A stretch of DNA of 64,000 bases from an uncultured Thermomicrobiales bacterium (GCA_902806345.1 CADCWF010000276.1:596-64595), one strand, 5' to 3'; numbered from the stretch's first letter, positions 8,538-18,020 are shown. Numbers and translations: made by a program. The notes: generated from the sequence alone by a model not told the origin.

Positions 8538-9608
8538 CTACAACCCCTGCCGTCGCCGGATCGTCACGTCGAGCAGCACTGCCAGGATGATGACCGCGCC
8601 CTGGGCGATCGGGATCGTCTCGATCCCGGCCCCGAGCAGCACCAATCCGTTGCGGATCAGGCCGGCGATGGCGGCGCCGAGGAACGTCCCCAGGATGCTG
8701 CCGGAGCCGCCGAACAGGTTGGTGCCGCCGATCACCACCGCCGCGATGACGTCCAGCTCGAACGCCTGGCCGGAGATCGGGTTCCCGTTCTGCAGCCAGC
8801 CGGTGACGATCACCCCGGCCAGCCCGGTCAACGCCCCGGTGACGACGAAGCAGGCGATCTTGACGCGGCGGGTGGCGATGCCGGCGTTGGCCGCCGCCCG
8901 GGCGTTGTCGCCCGTGGCGTAGACGTGGTAGCCGAAGCGGGTCTTGGCGAGCACCCAGCCGCCGATCAGCATCGTCGCCAGCAGCCAGATGATCTGGGCA
9001 GGGATCAGGCCGAACAGCTCGCCGCTCGTCAGCGCCTGGAACGGCGGCGCGGCGATGCCCGAGATCGTGTTGCCGCCGGAGACGACGAGGGCCAGCCCCC
9101 GCAGCGCGCTGAGCATGCCGAGCGTGACGATGAACGACGGGACGCGGAAGAAGGTGGTGATGACGCCGTTGAACAGGCCGATGCCGGCGCCGAGCCCGAC
9201 CGCCGCGACCGCCGCGGCCGGCCACGACCATCCCTGGCGGACGATCAGGTAGGCGGTGACGACCGAGAGGAGGGCAAAGCCGGAACCGACCGAGAGATCG
9301 ATCTCGGCGGCGATGAACAGGTAGGTCATGCCGACGGCGACGATGCCGACCAGCGCCAACGAGCGGACCAGGTTCAGCAGGTTGAACTCGGTCAGGAACG
9401 TCCCGGGGCGGAGCACGGCCAGCAGGGCGAAGATCGCCAGCGCCGCCAGGAAGATGCCGAGCTCGCGGACGCGCAAGAGTTGCGAGAGCCGGGCGCCGCG
9501 GAGCGCCCCGGGGGGCAACTCGTCGAGGGTGAGGCCCTCCAGCTCGTCCAGCTGCTCCGGCACCGCGCCGGCGTCGGTCCGTGACGGGGAACCGGTCGCC
9601 ATCCTCAC
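8538..9608 (-). CDS. Sugar ABC transporter permease (RbsC-like)
   Basis: Track ORF of 356 aa, polytopic. Its start overlaps the upstream ATPase stop by 4 nt. Confidence 0.85.
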   Translation of the reverse strand: MRMATGSPSRTDAGAVPEQLDELEGLTLDELPPGALRGARLSQLLRVRELGIFLAALAIFALLAVLRPGTFLTEFNLLNLVRSLALVGIVAVGMTYLFIAAEIDLSVGSGFALLSVVTAYLIVRQGWSWPAAAVAAVGLGAGIGLFNGVITTFFRVPSFIVTLGMLSALRGLALVVSGGNTISGIAAPPFQALTSGELFGLIPAQIIWLLATMLIGGWVLAKTRFGYHVYATGDNARAAANAGIATRRVKIACFVVTGALTGLAGVIVTGWLQNGNPISGQAFELDVIAAVVIGGTNLFGGSGSILGTFLGAAIAGLIRNGLVLLGAGIETIPIAQGAVIILAVLLDVTIRRRQGL

Positions 9609-10396
9609 TCCCTGGCCGGCACGATCCGGTCGGCGCCGACGATCAGGCGCACGATCTCTTCGGGCGTCGTCTCCGCCTTGGTGCGCTCGCCGGCGTTGCC
9701 GCCGCCGCGCATCACCACGATCCGGTCGGCGATGGAGAAGACGTGCTGGAGGTTGTGGCTGACGACCACGACTGCGGTGCCATGGGTCCGCAGGTCCTCG
9801 ACCAGGCGAAGAACCTTGGCCTGCTCGCGGACGCCGAGGGCAGCCGTCGGCTCGTCCATGAAGATCAGCCGCCCACCCTGGTCGACGGCGCGGGCGATCG
9901 CCACCGCCTGCCGCTGGCCGCCGGAGAGGAGGCCGACCAGGGTGTGGACCGAGGGAATCTTGATCTTGAGCGTGTCGAGCACCCGGCGAGCCTCGCGGTC
10001 CATCCGGGGCTTGTCGACCGTCATCCCGCGCGTCGGTTCGCGGCCGAGGAAGACGTTGGCCGCCACGTCGCGGTGGTCGACCAGCGCCAGGTCCTGGTAG
10101 ACGACGGCGATCCCGAGCGCCATCGCGTCGCGCGGCGAGCGGAACGCGACCTCCTGGCCGTCGATCAGGATCGTGCCGGCGTCGGGCTGGTACGCGCCGC
10201 AGAGGATCTTCATCAGGGTCGACTTGCCGGCGCCGTTGTCGCCGACCAGGGCCACGGTTTCGCCCGGAAAGACGCGGAACCCGACATCGTCGAGCGCCTG
10301 GACGTGGAGGAACCGCTTGGTCAGGTTCCTCGCCTCGAGCAGCGGCGCCGCCGCGTCGCCCGGCGACCTCGCCGGCCGGCCGTTACCGTGGTCCAT
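9605..10396 (-). CDS. ABC transporter ATP-binding protein (single ABC domain)
   Basis: Internal ATG at 10396 of track ORF 9605..10480 gives MDHGNG...LLEARNLTKRF. Walker A GDNGAGKST, signature LSGGQRQ, Walker B LIFMDEPT. The start overlaps the gntR-like stop by 14 nt. Confidence 0.85.
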   Translation of the reverse strand: MDHGNGRPARSPGDAAAPLLEARNLTKRFLHVQALDDVGFRVFPGETVALVGDNGAGKSTLMKILCGAYQPDAGTILIDGQEVAFRSPRDAMALGIAVVYQDLALVDHRDVAANVFLGREPTRGMTVDKPRMDREARRVLDTLKIKIPSVHTLVGLLSGGQRQAVAIARAVDQGGRLIFMDEPTAALGVREQAKVLRLVEDLRTHGTAVVVVSHNLQHVFSIADRIVVMRGGGNAGERTKAETTPEEIVRLIVGADRIVPARE

Positions 10397-11186
10397 CGTC
10401 CCCCTCCGCCGGCAGCACCGCCAGTAGCGCGTCGAGGTCCATCCCCGGATCGAGCAGGCGGGCCACCTCCCGCCGGGCAACGCTGTCCAGGCTGCGGTCG
10501 AAATCGGCCCCGTAGGTACGGGCCGCGACCTTGAGATGATCGGTCATCGCCGCCCGCGCCAGGGCCGGGTCGTTGCCCCGGATGGCGTCGAAGACGGCGC
10601 GGTGGTAGGGCAGCGAATCGGGCGTCGTCAAGGGGTCGGCCAGGCTGCGCAGCATCAGCTCGGCGGTTAGCCCGGCCACCGCGCCGAACATCGTCTCGAC
10701 GACCGGGTTGTGGGCGGCGCGAGCCACCGCGAGGTGGAAGGCGAGGTCGTGGCGGACCTGGTCGAGCAGACCGGCGGCGGCATCGAACGCATCGAGCGCC
10801 GCCGCTATTGCCGCCAGGTCGGCCGCCCCCGCCCGCTCGGCGGCCAGGGCGGCGGCGGTGCCTTCGAGCATGAGGCGGGCCTCGACCAGATGGCGGGGCG
10901 TCGGCTGCCGGCGCCGCAGGAGGGCGTCCATCCGGCCAGCCGCGTCGGAGGTGCGGGCGTGGCGAACGAAGGCACCCCGGCCCGGCACCACCTCGATCAG
11001 GTCGCGCTCGACCAGGCCGCGGATCGCTTCCCGGACGGCGGGGCGGCTGACGCGGTGGCGCTCGGCCATCTCGCGCTCCGACGGGAGCTTGGCACCCGGG
11101 GCCAACCGGCCACCAAGGATCGCCGCTTCCAGCGCCGCCGCCAGCCCGGCCCTGGTGGCAATGGTCGAACTGGTCTGACCGGTCAT
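10383..11186 (-). CDS. GntR family transcriptional regulator (FadR/FCD subfamily)
   Basis: N-terminal winged HTH LPSEREMAERHRVSRPAVREAIRGLVERDLI, followed by an all-helical C-terminal domain. Confidence 0.85.
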   Translation of the reverse strand: MTGQTSSTIATRAGLAAALEAAILGGRLAPGAKLPSEREMAERHRVSRPAVREAIRGLVERDLIEVVPGRGAFVRHARTSDAAGRMDALLRRRQPTPRHLVEARLMLEGTAAALAAERAGAADLAAIAAALDAFDAAAGLLDQVRHDLAFHLAVARAAHNPVVETMFGAVAGLTAELMLRSLADPLTTPDSLPYHRAVFDAIRGNDPALARAAMTDHLKVAARTYGADFDRSLDSVARREVARLLDPGMDLDALLAVLPAEGDDGPR

Positions 11187-11253
11187 GGCACGATACGATA
11201 GGGACTCGGGGTCGTGCCGTCAAGAGGGGTTCCCGCATCGGGAGGGGGCAAGG

Positions 11254-12012
11254 ATGACGCGCCTGGATGGACTCAACATCGCGGTCACCGGCGGCGCCGG
11301 CGACATCGGCGCCGCCATGGGCGCCGAGTTCCGCCGCCTCGGCGCCACCGTCACCCTGATCGACCGCAAGACGCCGGAGGAGGCGCGGCCGTGGTTGGAG
11401 CGGGCGGCCGCCCATGGCCCGGTCGCCTATGCACAGGCGGATGTCCGGGACCGCGCCGCGCTCGATGCGGCGCTGGCGGCGATCGATCCGCTCGACGTGG
11501 CCATCGGCAACGCCGGGATCGGCCACGGCATCCCCTTCCTCGATATCTCCCTGGAGCAGTGGCAGGAGCACCTCGACGTCAACCTGACCGGCTGCTTCCA
11601 CCTCGGGCAGGCGGCGGCGCGGCAGATGGTGCGGCAGGGACGCGGCGGCCGGATCGTGTTCACCGGCAGTTGGGTGCAGGAAGTCCCCTGGCCGGAGATC
11701 GCGGCCTATTCCGCCTCCAAGGCCGGGGTCCGGATGCTGGCCCGCTCGATGGCGCGGGAGCTGGCGGCCCACAAGATCCTCGTCAACGTGGTCGCGCCGG
11801 GCATCGTCCGGGCCGGCCTCGCCAAGCACCAGATGGAGACCGAACCCCAGTACGCCCGCCGGATCGAGCACGTCATCCCGCTCGGCGAGCCGCAGACGGT
11901 CGAGCAGGTTGCCCGCTCTGCGGCGTTCCTCTGCTCCGACGGGGCGGAGTACATGACCGGTGCCGTCCTGCTGGTCGACGGCGGCTGCTCGCTGTTCCAG
12001 TTCGAGGAGTAG
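11254..12012 (+). CDS. SDR family oxidoreductase
   Basis: ATG at 11254 follows GGGAGGGGG. Cofactor motif TGGAGDIG and catalytic YSASK. Divergent from the GntR operon. Confidence 0.85.
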   Translation: MTRLDGLNIAVTGGAGDIGAAMGAEFRRLGATVTLIDRKTPEEARPWLERAAAHGPVAYAQADVRDRAALDAALAAIDPLDVAIGNAGIGHGIPFLDISLEQWQEHLDVNLTGCFHLGQAAARQMVRQGRGGRIVFTGSWVQEVPWPEIAAYSASKAGVRMLARSMARELAAHKILVNVVAPGIVRAGLAKHQMETEPQYARRIEHVIPLGEPQTVEQVARSAAFLCSDGAEYMTGAVLLVDGGCSLFQFEE

Positions 12013-12022
12013 CAGAGGCGGT

Positions 12023-12325
12023 TCAACCCTCTTGCGGGACCATCCCGAGGCGCTCGAGAACCCAAGGGTAGGCGAGCGCCCCTGCACCAACGCCCGCCTT
12101 GGCGGCTGCCGCGTCGAGCGCCTCCAGCGCGTCGCCTTTGAACACGACTTTCAGCACATCGTTGTAGCGGTTCGCGACGAACGTGTGATCGTTGACGACT
12201 TCGAGTTCGTCGGCAAACTCTTGGAAGGAGTGCGTGTCCCAGAACGCCGCCTCCTCTTCGATGGAGTTGAAGGTCGGGATGCGGCTTTCGACAACATGGG
12301 TGTTCGAGCGGTTCGTTGTGGTCAT
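12023..12325 (-). CDS. BrnA/CopG-type antitoxin (100 aa)
   Basis: MTTTNRS...IPTFNSIEEEAAFWDTHSFQEFADE matches the N-terminal signature I associate with BrnA-type antitoxins. The ATG lies 7 nt after the upstream toxin-frame stop. Confidence 0.6.
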   Translation of the reverse strand: MTTTNRSNTHVVESRIPTFNSIEEEAAFWDTHSFQEFADELEVVNDHTFVANRYNDVLKVVFKGDALEALDAAAAKAGVGAGALAYPWVLERLGMVPQEG

Positions 12326-12332
12326 CTTGGTG

Positions 12333-12602
12333 TCACCTTTGTCCTGACCGGAACCATCGCTGCTCCGCCGGCGAAGCGTCCCTGGCAGTGACCAGCGCGA
12401 AGACGTTGCCTCCGCGGGGGGCAACGACAACCGCGAGCAAGCGCCCGCCGTCGGTCTGGCCCAGGAGGATGTACCGACCGTCTCGTACGCGCCGCCACTA
12501 TGGCCTGCCGAACACGATCCGATCCTCCTCGACCAACGAGACGTTGTGCCGGGCGATAGGGTCTCCACGGTCCGGTTCCACGACCTGGTCGTCGATACGC
12601 AC
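12333..12602 (-). pseudogene. BrnT-like (DUF497) toxin interrupted by an in-frame TAG
   Basis: A frame not in the track reads VRIDDQVVEPDRGDPIARHNVSLVEEDRIVFGRP-TAG-WRRVRDGRYILLGQTDGGRLLAVVVAPRGGNVFALVTARDASPAEQRWFRSGQR. The amber codon is at 12498-12500. The C-terminal half resembles the BrnT core (G.t..GRlL.VV...R....r.iTAR.A...E). The start codon is uncertain. Confidence 0.55.
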
Positions 12603-12794
12603 CTTGCCCGCCTTGCCTCGCGCCCTGCCACCTTCGATCGCCCCCAGCCATGCTGTCTCGGCGGGGGCGCTACCGGGCGATGCCCGCGCTTGCGTCGAGA
12701 GACCCGCTGCGGGACGATGCCCGGCGGCACGAACCCACCAAACCGTCCGGAACGGCGCTCGGCGACCCGTTGACCATCAGCGAAAGGGCACTCC

Positions 12795-14408
12795 GTGGCA
12801 GAACCGATTGTCCCGAAGGATTGGCCCGCCGACGGTGGTCGCTACGACGCGATCGTCGTCGGCGCTGGCCACAACGGGCTGATCGCCGCCGGCTACCTCG
12901 CCAAGGCGGGCAAGAAGGTGCTCGTCCTGGAGCGCCGCGAGATCGTCGGCGGGGCGACGGTGACCGAGGAGTTCTGGCCGGGCTGGATGCTCTCGACCTG
13001 CTCCTACGTCTGCAACCTGCTGCTGCCGGAGGTGGTCGAGGATCTGGAGCTGCGCCGCTTCGGCTACGACATCCGCCCCTTCGACCCCCAGTACTTCGTC
13101 CCCTTCCTCGACGGCTCCCACTTCATGAGCTCGCTCGACGGCCGCAAGACCCGTCAGCAGATCGCCAAGTTCTCGCAACACGACGTGGTGGCCTACGACG
13201 CCTACTGGGCAATGTGGGACCGCATCCTGGAGCGGATGAAACCGCTTCTCCTGAAGCCCGCCCCCGGCTGGGCCGAGATCGAAGAGCGGTTCGGCGGGGC
13301 GCAGGGGCTGGAGGACTGGCGGACGCTGACGATGAAGTCGATCGTCGAGGTGCTGGAGGAGTACTTCGAGTCGGAGCAGATCAAGGCGCCGCTCTCCACC
13401 GGCGGCGTGATCGGGGTCAACGCCGGGCCGCGCACCCCCGGCACCGCCTACGTCAAGTACCACCACCTGATCGGCAGCGTCGGCGGCCACCAGGGCGCCT
13501 GGGGCTACGTCCGCGGCGGGATGGGCAGTATCGCCAACGCCCTCGCCGGCTTCGGCCGGGAGCGCGGGGTCGAGATCGCGACTGGGTCGGAGGTGGCCGA
13601 GGTCGAGATCCTCGACGGTGTCGCCCGCGGCGTCCGCACCGTGGACGGCCGCACCTACCGGGCCGACGTCGTCCTCTCCAACGCCGACCCCCAGCGGACC
13701 TTCCTGAGGATGGTCGGCGAGGGCCGGCTGCCGGAGGCGTTCGCCGCGAGCGTCAAGCGGATCCGGGCCAAGGGTTCGGTCGTCAAGGTGCTGCTCGGGC
13801 TGGGCGAGCTGCCGGACTTCACGGCGATGCCGGGCACCGCGGTCGGACCGCAGCACACCGGTGGCATCGTCATCAACCCCTCGGTCGACTGGCTGGAGAC
13901 GGCCTGGGACGACTGCAAGCGCGGCCATCCCAGCCGCCGGCCGTTCATGGACTGCTACATTCAGACCGCGACCGAGGAGGGGTTGGCCCCGGCCGGCAAG
14001 CACACGATGTCGCTCTACGTCCAGTACGCGCCCTACGACCTGGCCGAGGGGACGTGGGACGGGCGGCGGGACGAGATCGGCAAGACCATCATCGACACGC
14101 TGGCGCTCTTCGCGCCGAACATCTCGGGCGCGATCGAGCACATGGAGGTCCTCGGGCCGCCGGACATCGAGCGGATCGTCGGCATCACCGGCGGCAACAT
14201 CTTCCACGGCGAGATCATGCCGGACCAGATGTTCCAGTTCCGCCCGGTCCCCGGCTTCGCCGACTACCGGACCCCGGTCGACGGGCTCTACCTGTGCGGC
14301 GCCGGCGCCTGGCCAGGCGGCGCGGTCTTCGGTGCCCCCGGCCGCAACTGCGCGCTGGAGGTGCTGGCCGACCTGGGAAGCGAGGCGGGGGCCCTGGCGG
14401 CGGATTGA
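12795..14408 (+). CDS. FAD-dependent oxidoreductase, phytoene desaturase (CrtI)-related family
   Basis: Dinucleotide-binding motif YDAIVVGAGHNGLIAAGYLAKAGKKVLVLE. 537 aa. Confidence 0.85.
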   Translation: MAEPIVPKDWPADGGRYDAIVVGAGHNGLIAAGYLAKAGKKVLVLERREIVGGATVTEEFWPGWMLSTCSYVCNLLLPEVVEDLELRRFGYDIRPFDPQYFVPFLDGSHFMSSLDGRKTRQQIAKFSQHDVVAYDAYWAMWDRILERMKPLLLKPAPGWAEIEERFGGAQGLEDWRTLTMKSIVEVLEEYFESEQIKAPLSTGGVIGVNAGPRTPGTAYVKYHHLIGSVGGHQGAWGYVRGGMGSIANALAGFGRERGVEIATGSEVAEVEILDGVARGVRTVDGRTYRADVVLSNADPQRTFLRMVGEGRLPEAFAASVKRIRAKGSVVKVLLGLGELPDFTAMPGTAVGPQHTGGIVINPSVDWLETAWDDCKRGHPSRRPFMDCYIQTATEEGLAPAGKHTMSLYVQYAPYDLAEGTWDGRRDEIGKTIIDTLALFAPNISGAIEHMEVLGPPDIERIVGITGGNIFHGEIMPDQMFQFRPVPGFADYRTPVDGLYLCGAGAWPGGAVFGAPGRNCALEVLADLGSEAGALAAD

Positions 14409-14684
14409 CCCGCCCGCGCCGGGTCCTGGTCGGTGTCGCGTCCGCCCCTGCGCGAATGGCGGCAAGGAGAGATGCGGCATTGCACATGGCCGCATTCCGG
14501 ATCGCTTTGCGTCGGTTCTCCGAGGATGGGTCATCCCGCCATCTACGCCGTAGTTGACGGGCGTACGCCGGGAAGCGTCCGGTACCTCGCCGACGCCACG
14601 GCCGCAGCCATGGCGGCGGCGCTGAGGTGCCGACCGCACGCCGGGTCACCCCCAAGGGTGATCCGACCACGTCGGGAGCTGGCG

Positions 14685-15104
14685 ATGGATCCGGTTTCGA
14701 CCAATGACCTGCCGCGGGTCGCGGTCAGCGGCGACGGGGTGCCCGAGGTGCGATGGGCGGGTGCCTTCGTCACCTACAGTGGCCACGGGGCGGCGCAGGC
14801 GACGACGATCGTCTCCGAAATGGAGCCCGGCTGCCGGTTGAGGTGGCCCACCGACCAGACGGAGGAAACGCAGTACATCATCGCCCGCACCGGCGAGCTC
14901 CAGCGCGACGACGGGGTTTACCCGGTCGGCCCCGGCAGCGTGTTCGCGCTGCCGACAGACGTCCGCCACGACCTCGTCACCACCCGCAGCGAGACGCTGC
15001 GGGTGGTCGGCTTCTTCGGGGCGGCGATGTTCGCCCAGCGCTTCGACCAGGTGATGCAGCAGGTCGCCGGCCATGTCCTGGGGACGCCAATCCGGGCGGG
15101 GTGA
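14685..15104 (+). CDS. Cupin domain protein
   Basis: ATG at 14685 follows GGGAG (14674-14678). 139 aa with beta-barrel character (PVGPGSVFALPTDVRHDL). The upstream part of track ORF 14433..15104 is Arg/Pro-rich noise. Confidence 0.6.
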   Translation: MDPVSTNDLPRVAVSGDGVPEVRWAGAFVTYSGHGAAQATTIVSEMEPGCRLRWPTDQTEETQYIIARTGELQRDDGVYPVGPGSVFALPTDVRHDLVTTRSETLRVVGFFGAAMFAQRFDQVMQQVAGHVLGTPIRAG

Positions 15105-15221
15105 GGCGGGGGTTGGCTGTTGGCCTGCCGCCGCGAAGTAACGGTAGCCAACTGCTCGCAACGAGACAAGTTGCCGCCTAGCGAAGACGTGGGTGGATTC
15201 GTCGCACCCGCTGGAACCTCG

Positions 15222-15247
15222 GGGCCGGTCGACTGATTGACCGGCCC
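15222..15247. terminator. Hairpin between convergent genes
   Basis: gggccggtc-gactgatt-gaccggccc, a perfect 9-bp stem with no U-tract. Confidence 0.4.
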
Positions 15248-15354
15248 GCGGAGCGTGAGCCGAGGCGGCCACGGGCGCGGCGATTACCGGACAGGCGGAA
15301 GAACCGCACCCTCTTCCCTGCCGCCCGCATGCGGAGACCGCCCGCAGCGTTCAT

Positions 15355-15561
15355 CTAGGCCAGTCGTCGATCGTCGTCTGGCAGGAAGATCACGCTCGCT
15401 CCGTCGGGGATATCGTCGAGCAGGGCGGGGTTCTCGAAGATCGAGTCGATGAACCGACCGGCCAAGCCGATGTTCGCCGTGATCCGGCGCTCGGAGGCGG
15501 CACCGCCGGCGACACCCGAACGGGCTTTGCGCGGGGTGGCGACGATCTGGTGCCCACTCAC
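15355..15561 (-). CDS. Small protein (68 aa), third of three coupled mini-ORFs, possibly DUF5647-like
   Basis: Track ORF. High GC3. C-terminal motif FENPALLDDIPDGASVIFLPDDD. The GTG start overlaps the upstream stop (GTGA). Confidence 0.55.
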   Translation of the reverse strand: MSGHQIVATPRKARSGVAGGAASERRITANIGLAGRFIDSIFENPALLDDIPDGASVIFLPDDDRRLA

Positions 15562-15737
15562 TTCAGCCCTCCGTAGTACTCCCGCCGGTATCGGTGCCAG
15601 TTTCGTTTCATGTCGGCAATCGCCTTGCTGAGGGCTTCCCTATGAGGAAGATCCTCGTCCCACCAGACGCACGTCTCGTTCCCGAACGCATCGTAGCGGT
15701 CGAAGTGCGGACGATGGGTACCGTCCGGCCGTTTCAC
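15558..15737 (-). CDS. Small protein (59 aa), hypothetical
   Basis: Below the track length cutoff. VKRPDGTHRPHFDRYDAFGNETCVWWDEDLPHREALSKAIADMKRNWHRYRREYYGGLK. GTGA overlaps on both sides. Confidence 0.45.
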   Translation of the reverse strand: MKRPDGTHRPHFDRYDAFGNETCVWWDEDLPHREALSKAIADMKRNWHRYRREYYGGLK

Positions 15738-15892
15738 CGGCGCGTGAGACCGGCCATCGCGTCGACGGCCGTCTCGTACTGGACGACGCAGTCGATGACT
15801 TCGCCCGCCACTCTGTTGAGGCGCACCCGCAGCCGCTCGCCTCCCGGTTCCTGGCCGCGCGGATCCCGTGGGTCGAACGGGTCGAGCGGCAT
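15734..15892 (-). CDS. Small protein (52 aa), hypothetical
   Basis: Below the track length cutoff. The ATG at 15892 has AAGGAG 6 nt upstream. MPLDPFDPRDPRGQEPGGERLRVRLNRVAGEVIDCVVQYETAVDAMAGLTRR. GC3 is about 85%. Confidence 0.5.
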   Translation of the reverse strand: MPLDPFDPRDPRGQEPGGERLRVRLNRVAGEVIDCVVQYETAVDAMAGLTRR

Positions 15893-15950
15893 GAAGAACT
15901 CCTTCCAGGGCAACGCATGTTCCTCGCCCGATCGTTCGCTGTGGCCCGGC

Positions 15951-16853
15951 TCACTTCATGCTGCCCAGGGTGACGCCCTCGACGAAGACCCGCTGGAACA
16001 TCAGGAAGACGACGACGACCGGCAGCACGACCAGGGCTGAGGCGGCCATCAACAGGTTTAGCTTGATGTCGTACTGCGACTGCGACTCGAAGAAGGTCAG
16101 CCCGATCGCCAGGGTGTAGGTGGTTTCGTCCTGGAGGAAGATCAGCGGCCCCAGGAAATCGTTCCAGGCGTGGAGGCCGGCGAAGAGGCTGACCGCCGAG
16201 AGGGCCGGCCACGACTGGGGCATGATGATCTTGAACAGGATTTGGAGCTCGTTGGCGCCGTCGAGGCGGGCGGCGTCGGAGATCTCCTGAGGGATCCGCA
16301 GGAAGAACTGGCGCATCAGGAAGATCCAGAAGGCGCTGCCGAAGAAGAACGGCACCACCAGCGGCAGGAACGTGTTGATCCAGCCGAGGCGAGCGAAGAT
16401 GTCGAAGAGGGCGATGATCAGCACCGGGAAGGGGACGAAGACCGTCGCCAGCACGAGGAAGAAAACCTTGTCCCGGCCCGGCCAGGGGATGCGGGAGAAG
16501 CCGTAGGCGACGATCGGGTTCGAGATCGCGGCGCCGAGCACGGTCAGGGCGGTGATCGTCGCCGTGTTCTGGAGGAACCGCCAGAAGGGGAAGATCTCGA
16601 CCGCGGCGGCGAAGTTGGCCCACTGCGGCGACCGCGGCCAGAGCGTCGGCGGGTAGGCGGTCAACTCCTCGTTCGTCTTCAGCGCCGTGATCAGCATCCA
16701 GTAGAAAGGCAGGACGAAGACGAGGCACATCACCACCAGGACGATCCGCGGCACGACCTCCGAGCGGACCCGCCGCCGCAGCCACCCGCCGCGCGCGCCT
16801 ACCTCGGGCGCGGCCGGAACCTCGGCGACGGGAGCGGCGATCGCCCTCGCCAT
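15951..16853 (-). CDS. ABC transporter permease (MalG-like)
   Basis: Track ORF of 300 aa, polytopic, with EAA-like loop EISDAARLDGANELQILFKI. Confidence 0.85.
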   Translation of the reverse strand: MARAIAAPVAEVPAAPEVGARGGWLRRRVRSEVVPRIVLVVMCLVFVLPFYWMLITALKTNEELTAYPPTLWPRSPQWANFAAAVEIFPFWRFLQNTATITALTVLGAAISNPIVAYGFSRIPWPGRDKVFFLVLATVFVPFPVLIIALFDIFARLGWINTFLPLVVPFFFGSAFWIFLMRQFFLRIPQEISDAARLDGANELQILFKIIMPQSWPALSAVSLFAGLHAWNDFLGPLIFLQDETTYTLAIGLTFFESQSQYDIKLNLLMAASALVVLPVVVVFLMFQRVFVEGVTLGSMK

Positions 16854-16916
16854 GACGCCCTCCTCCCTCTCCTGCGGGACACCGACCGACCGTCGAACGG
16901 CGGTGCCCCGGTCGGA

Positions 16917-17876
16917 TCAATCCGTGTCGTAGTGGACCCAGCGCGACGACCAGCGGAAGATGACGACGGCCAGCACCAGGGTGATCAGGAAGAGAACCCA
17001 GGCGAGCGCCGCGGCGTAGCCCATCTGGCTGTAGCGGAAGCCGTTGTTGTAGAGGTAGGGCACGTAGGCCAGCGTCGAGTTGGCCGGGGCGCCGGGCGGG
17101 TCGTTGCCGAAGATGACAAAGATCTGGGTGAAGATCTGGATGCCCTGGCTGAGCCCCAGGATCAGGTCGTAGAGGATGACCGGGGTCATCATTGGCAGGG
17201 TGATGTTGAGGAACTTGCGCCAGGTGCCGGCGCCGTCCAGCATCGCCGCCTCGTAGAGCGGCTGGGGGATGCCCTTGAGGCCGGCGAGGAAGATGAGGGC
17301 GGCCTGACCGGCGCCGAACTGGGCAAGGATCACCAGCGCCAGCTTGGAGACGCCGGGGTCGCCGAACCAGTTGACGTTGGGTAGCCCGAGCGCCAGCAGG
17401 GCCTGGTTGAAGATGCCGCGGGCGGGGTCAAGCAGGGCGACGAAGACGAACGAGAGGGCGAAGGCGGGGATGATCGAGGGCAGGTAGAGGATGGCCCGGT
17501 AGACCGGGACCTCCGGCAGCGGCTGGGCCATCGCCAGCGCCAGTGCCATCGCGACGACGACGCCGACCGGGATGGCGAGGCCGGTGTAGAAGAGGGTGTT
17601 GTAGAGCGAGGTCCAGAAGAGGTCGTCGCGGAGGAGTTGCTGGTAGTTGGCCCAGCCGATCGGGAGGGAATCGCCGAAGCCCGAGTACTGGGTGAAGCTG
17701 ATCTGGATCGTGTAGATGAACGGGTAGAGCAGGAACGCAACGAAGCCGACGATCCAGGGGCTGATGAAGAGCAGCCCCAGCGCCAGGTTGCGCCGCTCGG
17801 TGCGGCCGAGGGCGAAGCGGCGGGCGGTTGGCGGGCGGCGCGGCGCCGGATAGGCTGCCGCCGTCTGGGTTGCCAC
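16917..17876 (-). CDS. ABC transporter permease (MalF-like)
   Basis: Track ORF of 319 aa, polytopic, with loop LYEAAMLDGAGTWRKFLNITLP. Confidence 0.85.
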   Translation of the reverse strand: MATQTAAAYPAPRRPPTARRFALGRTERRNLALGLLFISPWIVGFVAFLLYPFIYTIQISFTQYSGFGDSLPIGWANYQQLLRDDLFWTSLYNTLFYTGLAIPVGVVVAMALALAMAQPLPEVPVYRAILYLPSIIPAFALSFVFVALLDPARGIFNQALLALGLPNVNWFGDPGVSKLALVILAQFGAGQAALIFLAGLKGIPQPLYEAAMLDGAGTWRKFLNITLPMMTPVILYDLILGLSQGIQIFTQIFVIFGNDPPGAPANSTLAYVPYLYNNGFRYSQMGYAAALAWVLFLITLVLAVVIFRWSSRWVHYDTD

Positions 17877-17906
17877 GGGACGGTCTCCGCGACGTGGGGC
17901 GACGAA

Positions 17907-17950
17907 GCCCTCACCTCCCGCCCCCCTCTCCCGACGCGCGGGAGAGGGGG
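17907..17950 (-). repeat. REP-like element (GGGAGAGGGGG family, inverted orientation)
   Basis: gccctcacctcccg tail, then ccccctctccc-gacgcgc-gggagaggggg (17922-17950). Lies between the SBP and permease genes. Confidence 0.75.
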
Positions 17951-18020
17951 AGAACGCCGACCCTCACGTCCGGCCCTTCCAGACCCATCGGAGAGAGGGA
18001 CGGACGCGCCGGGGGCAGGC

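Noticed and set aside
7048-9584. A 727-aa minus-strand ORF and an 836-aa plus-strand ORF spanning the RbsB/RbsC-like genes.
   Set aside because: They are out of frame with or antisense to clearly recognisable transporter genes, and their composition is dominated by Arg/Gly/Pro/Asp.
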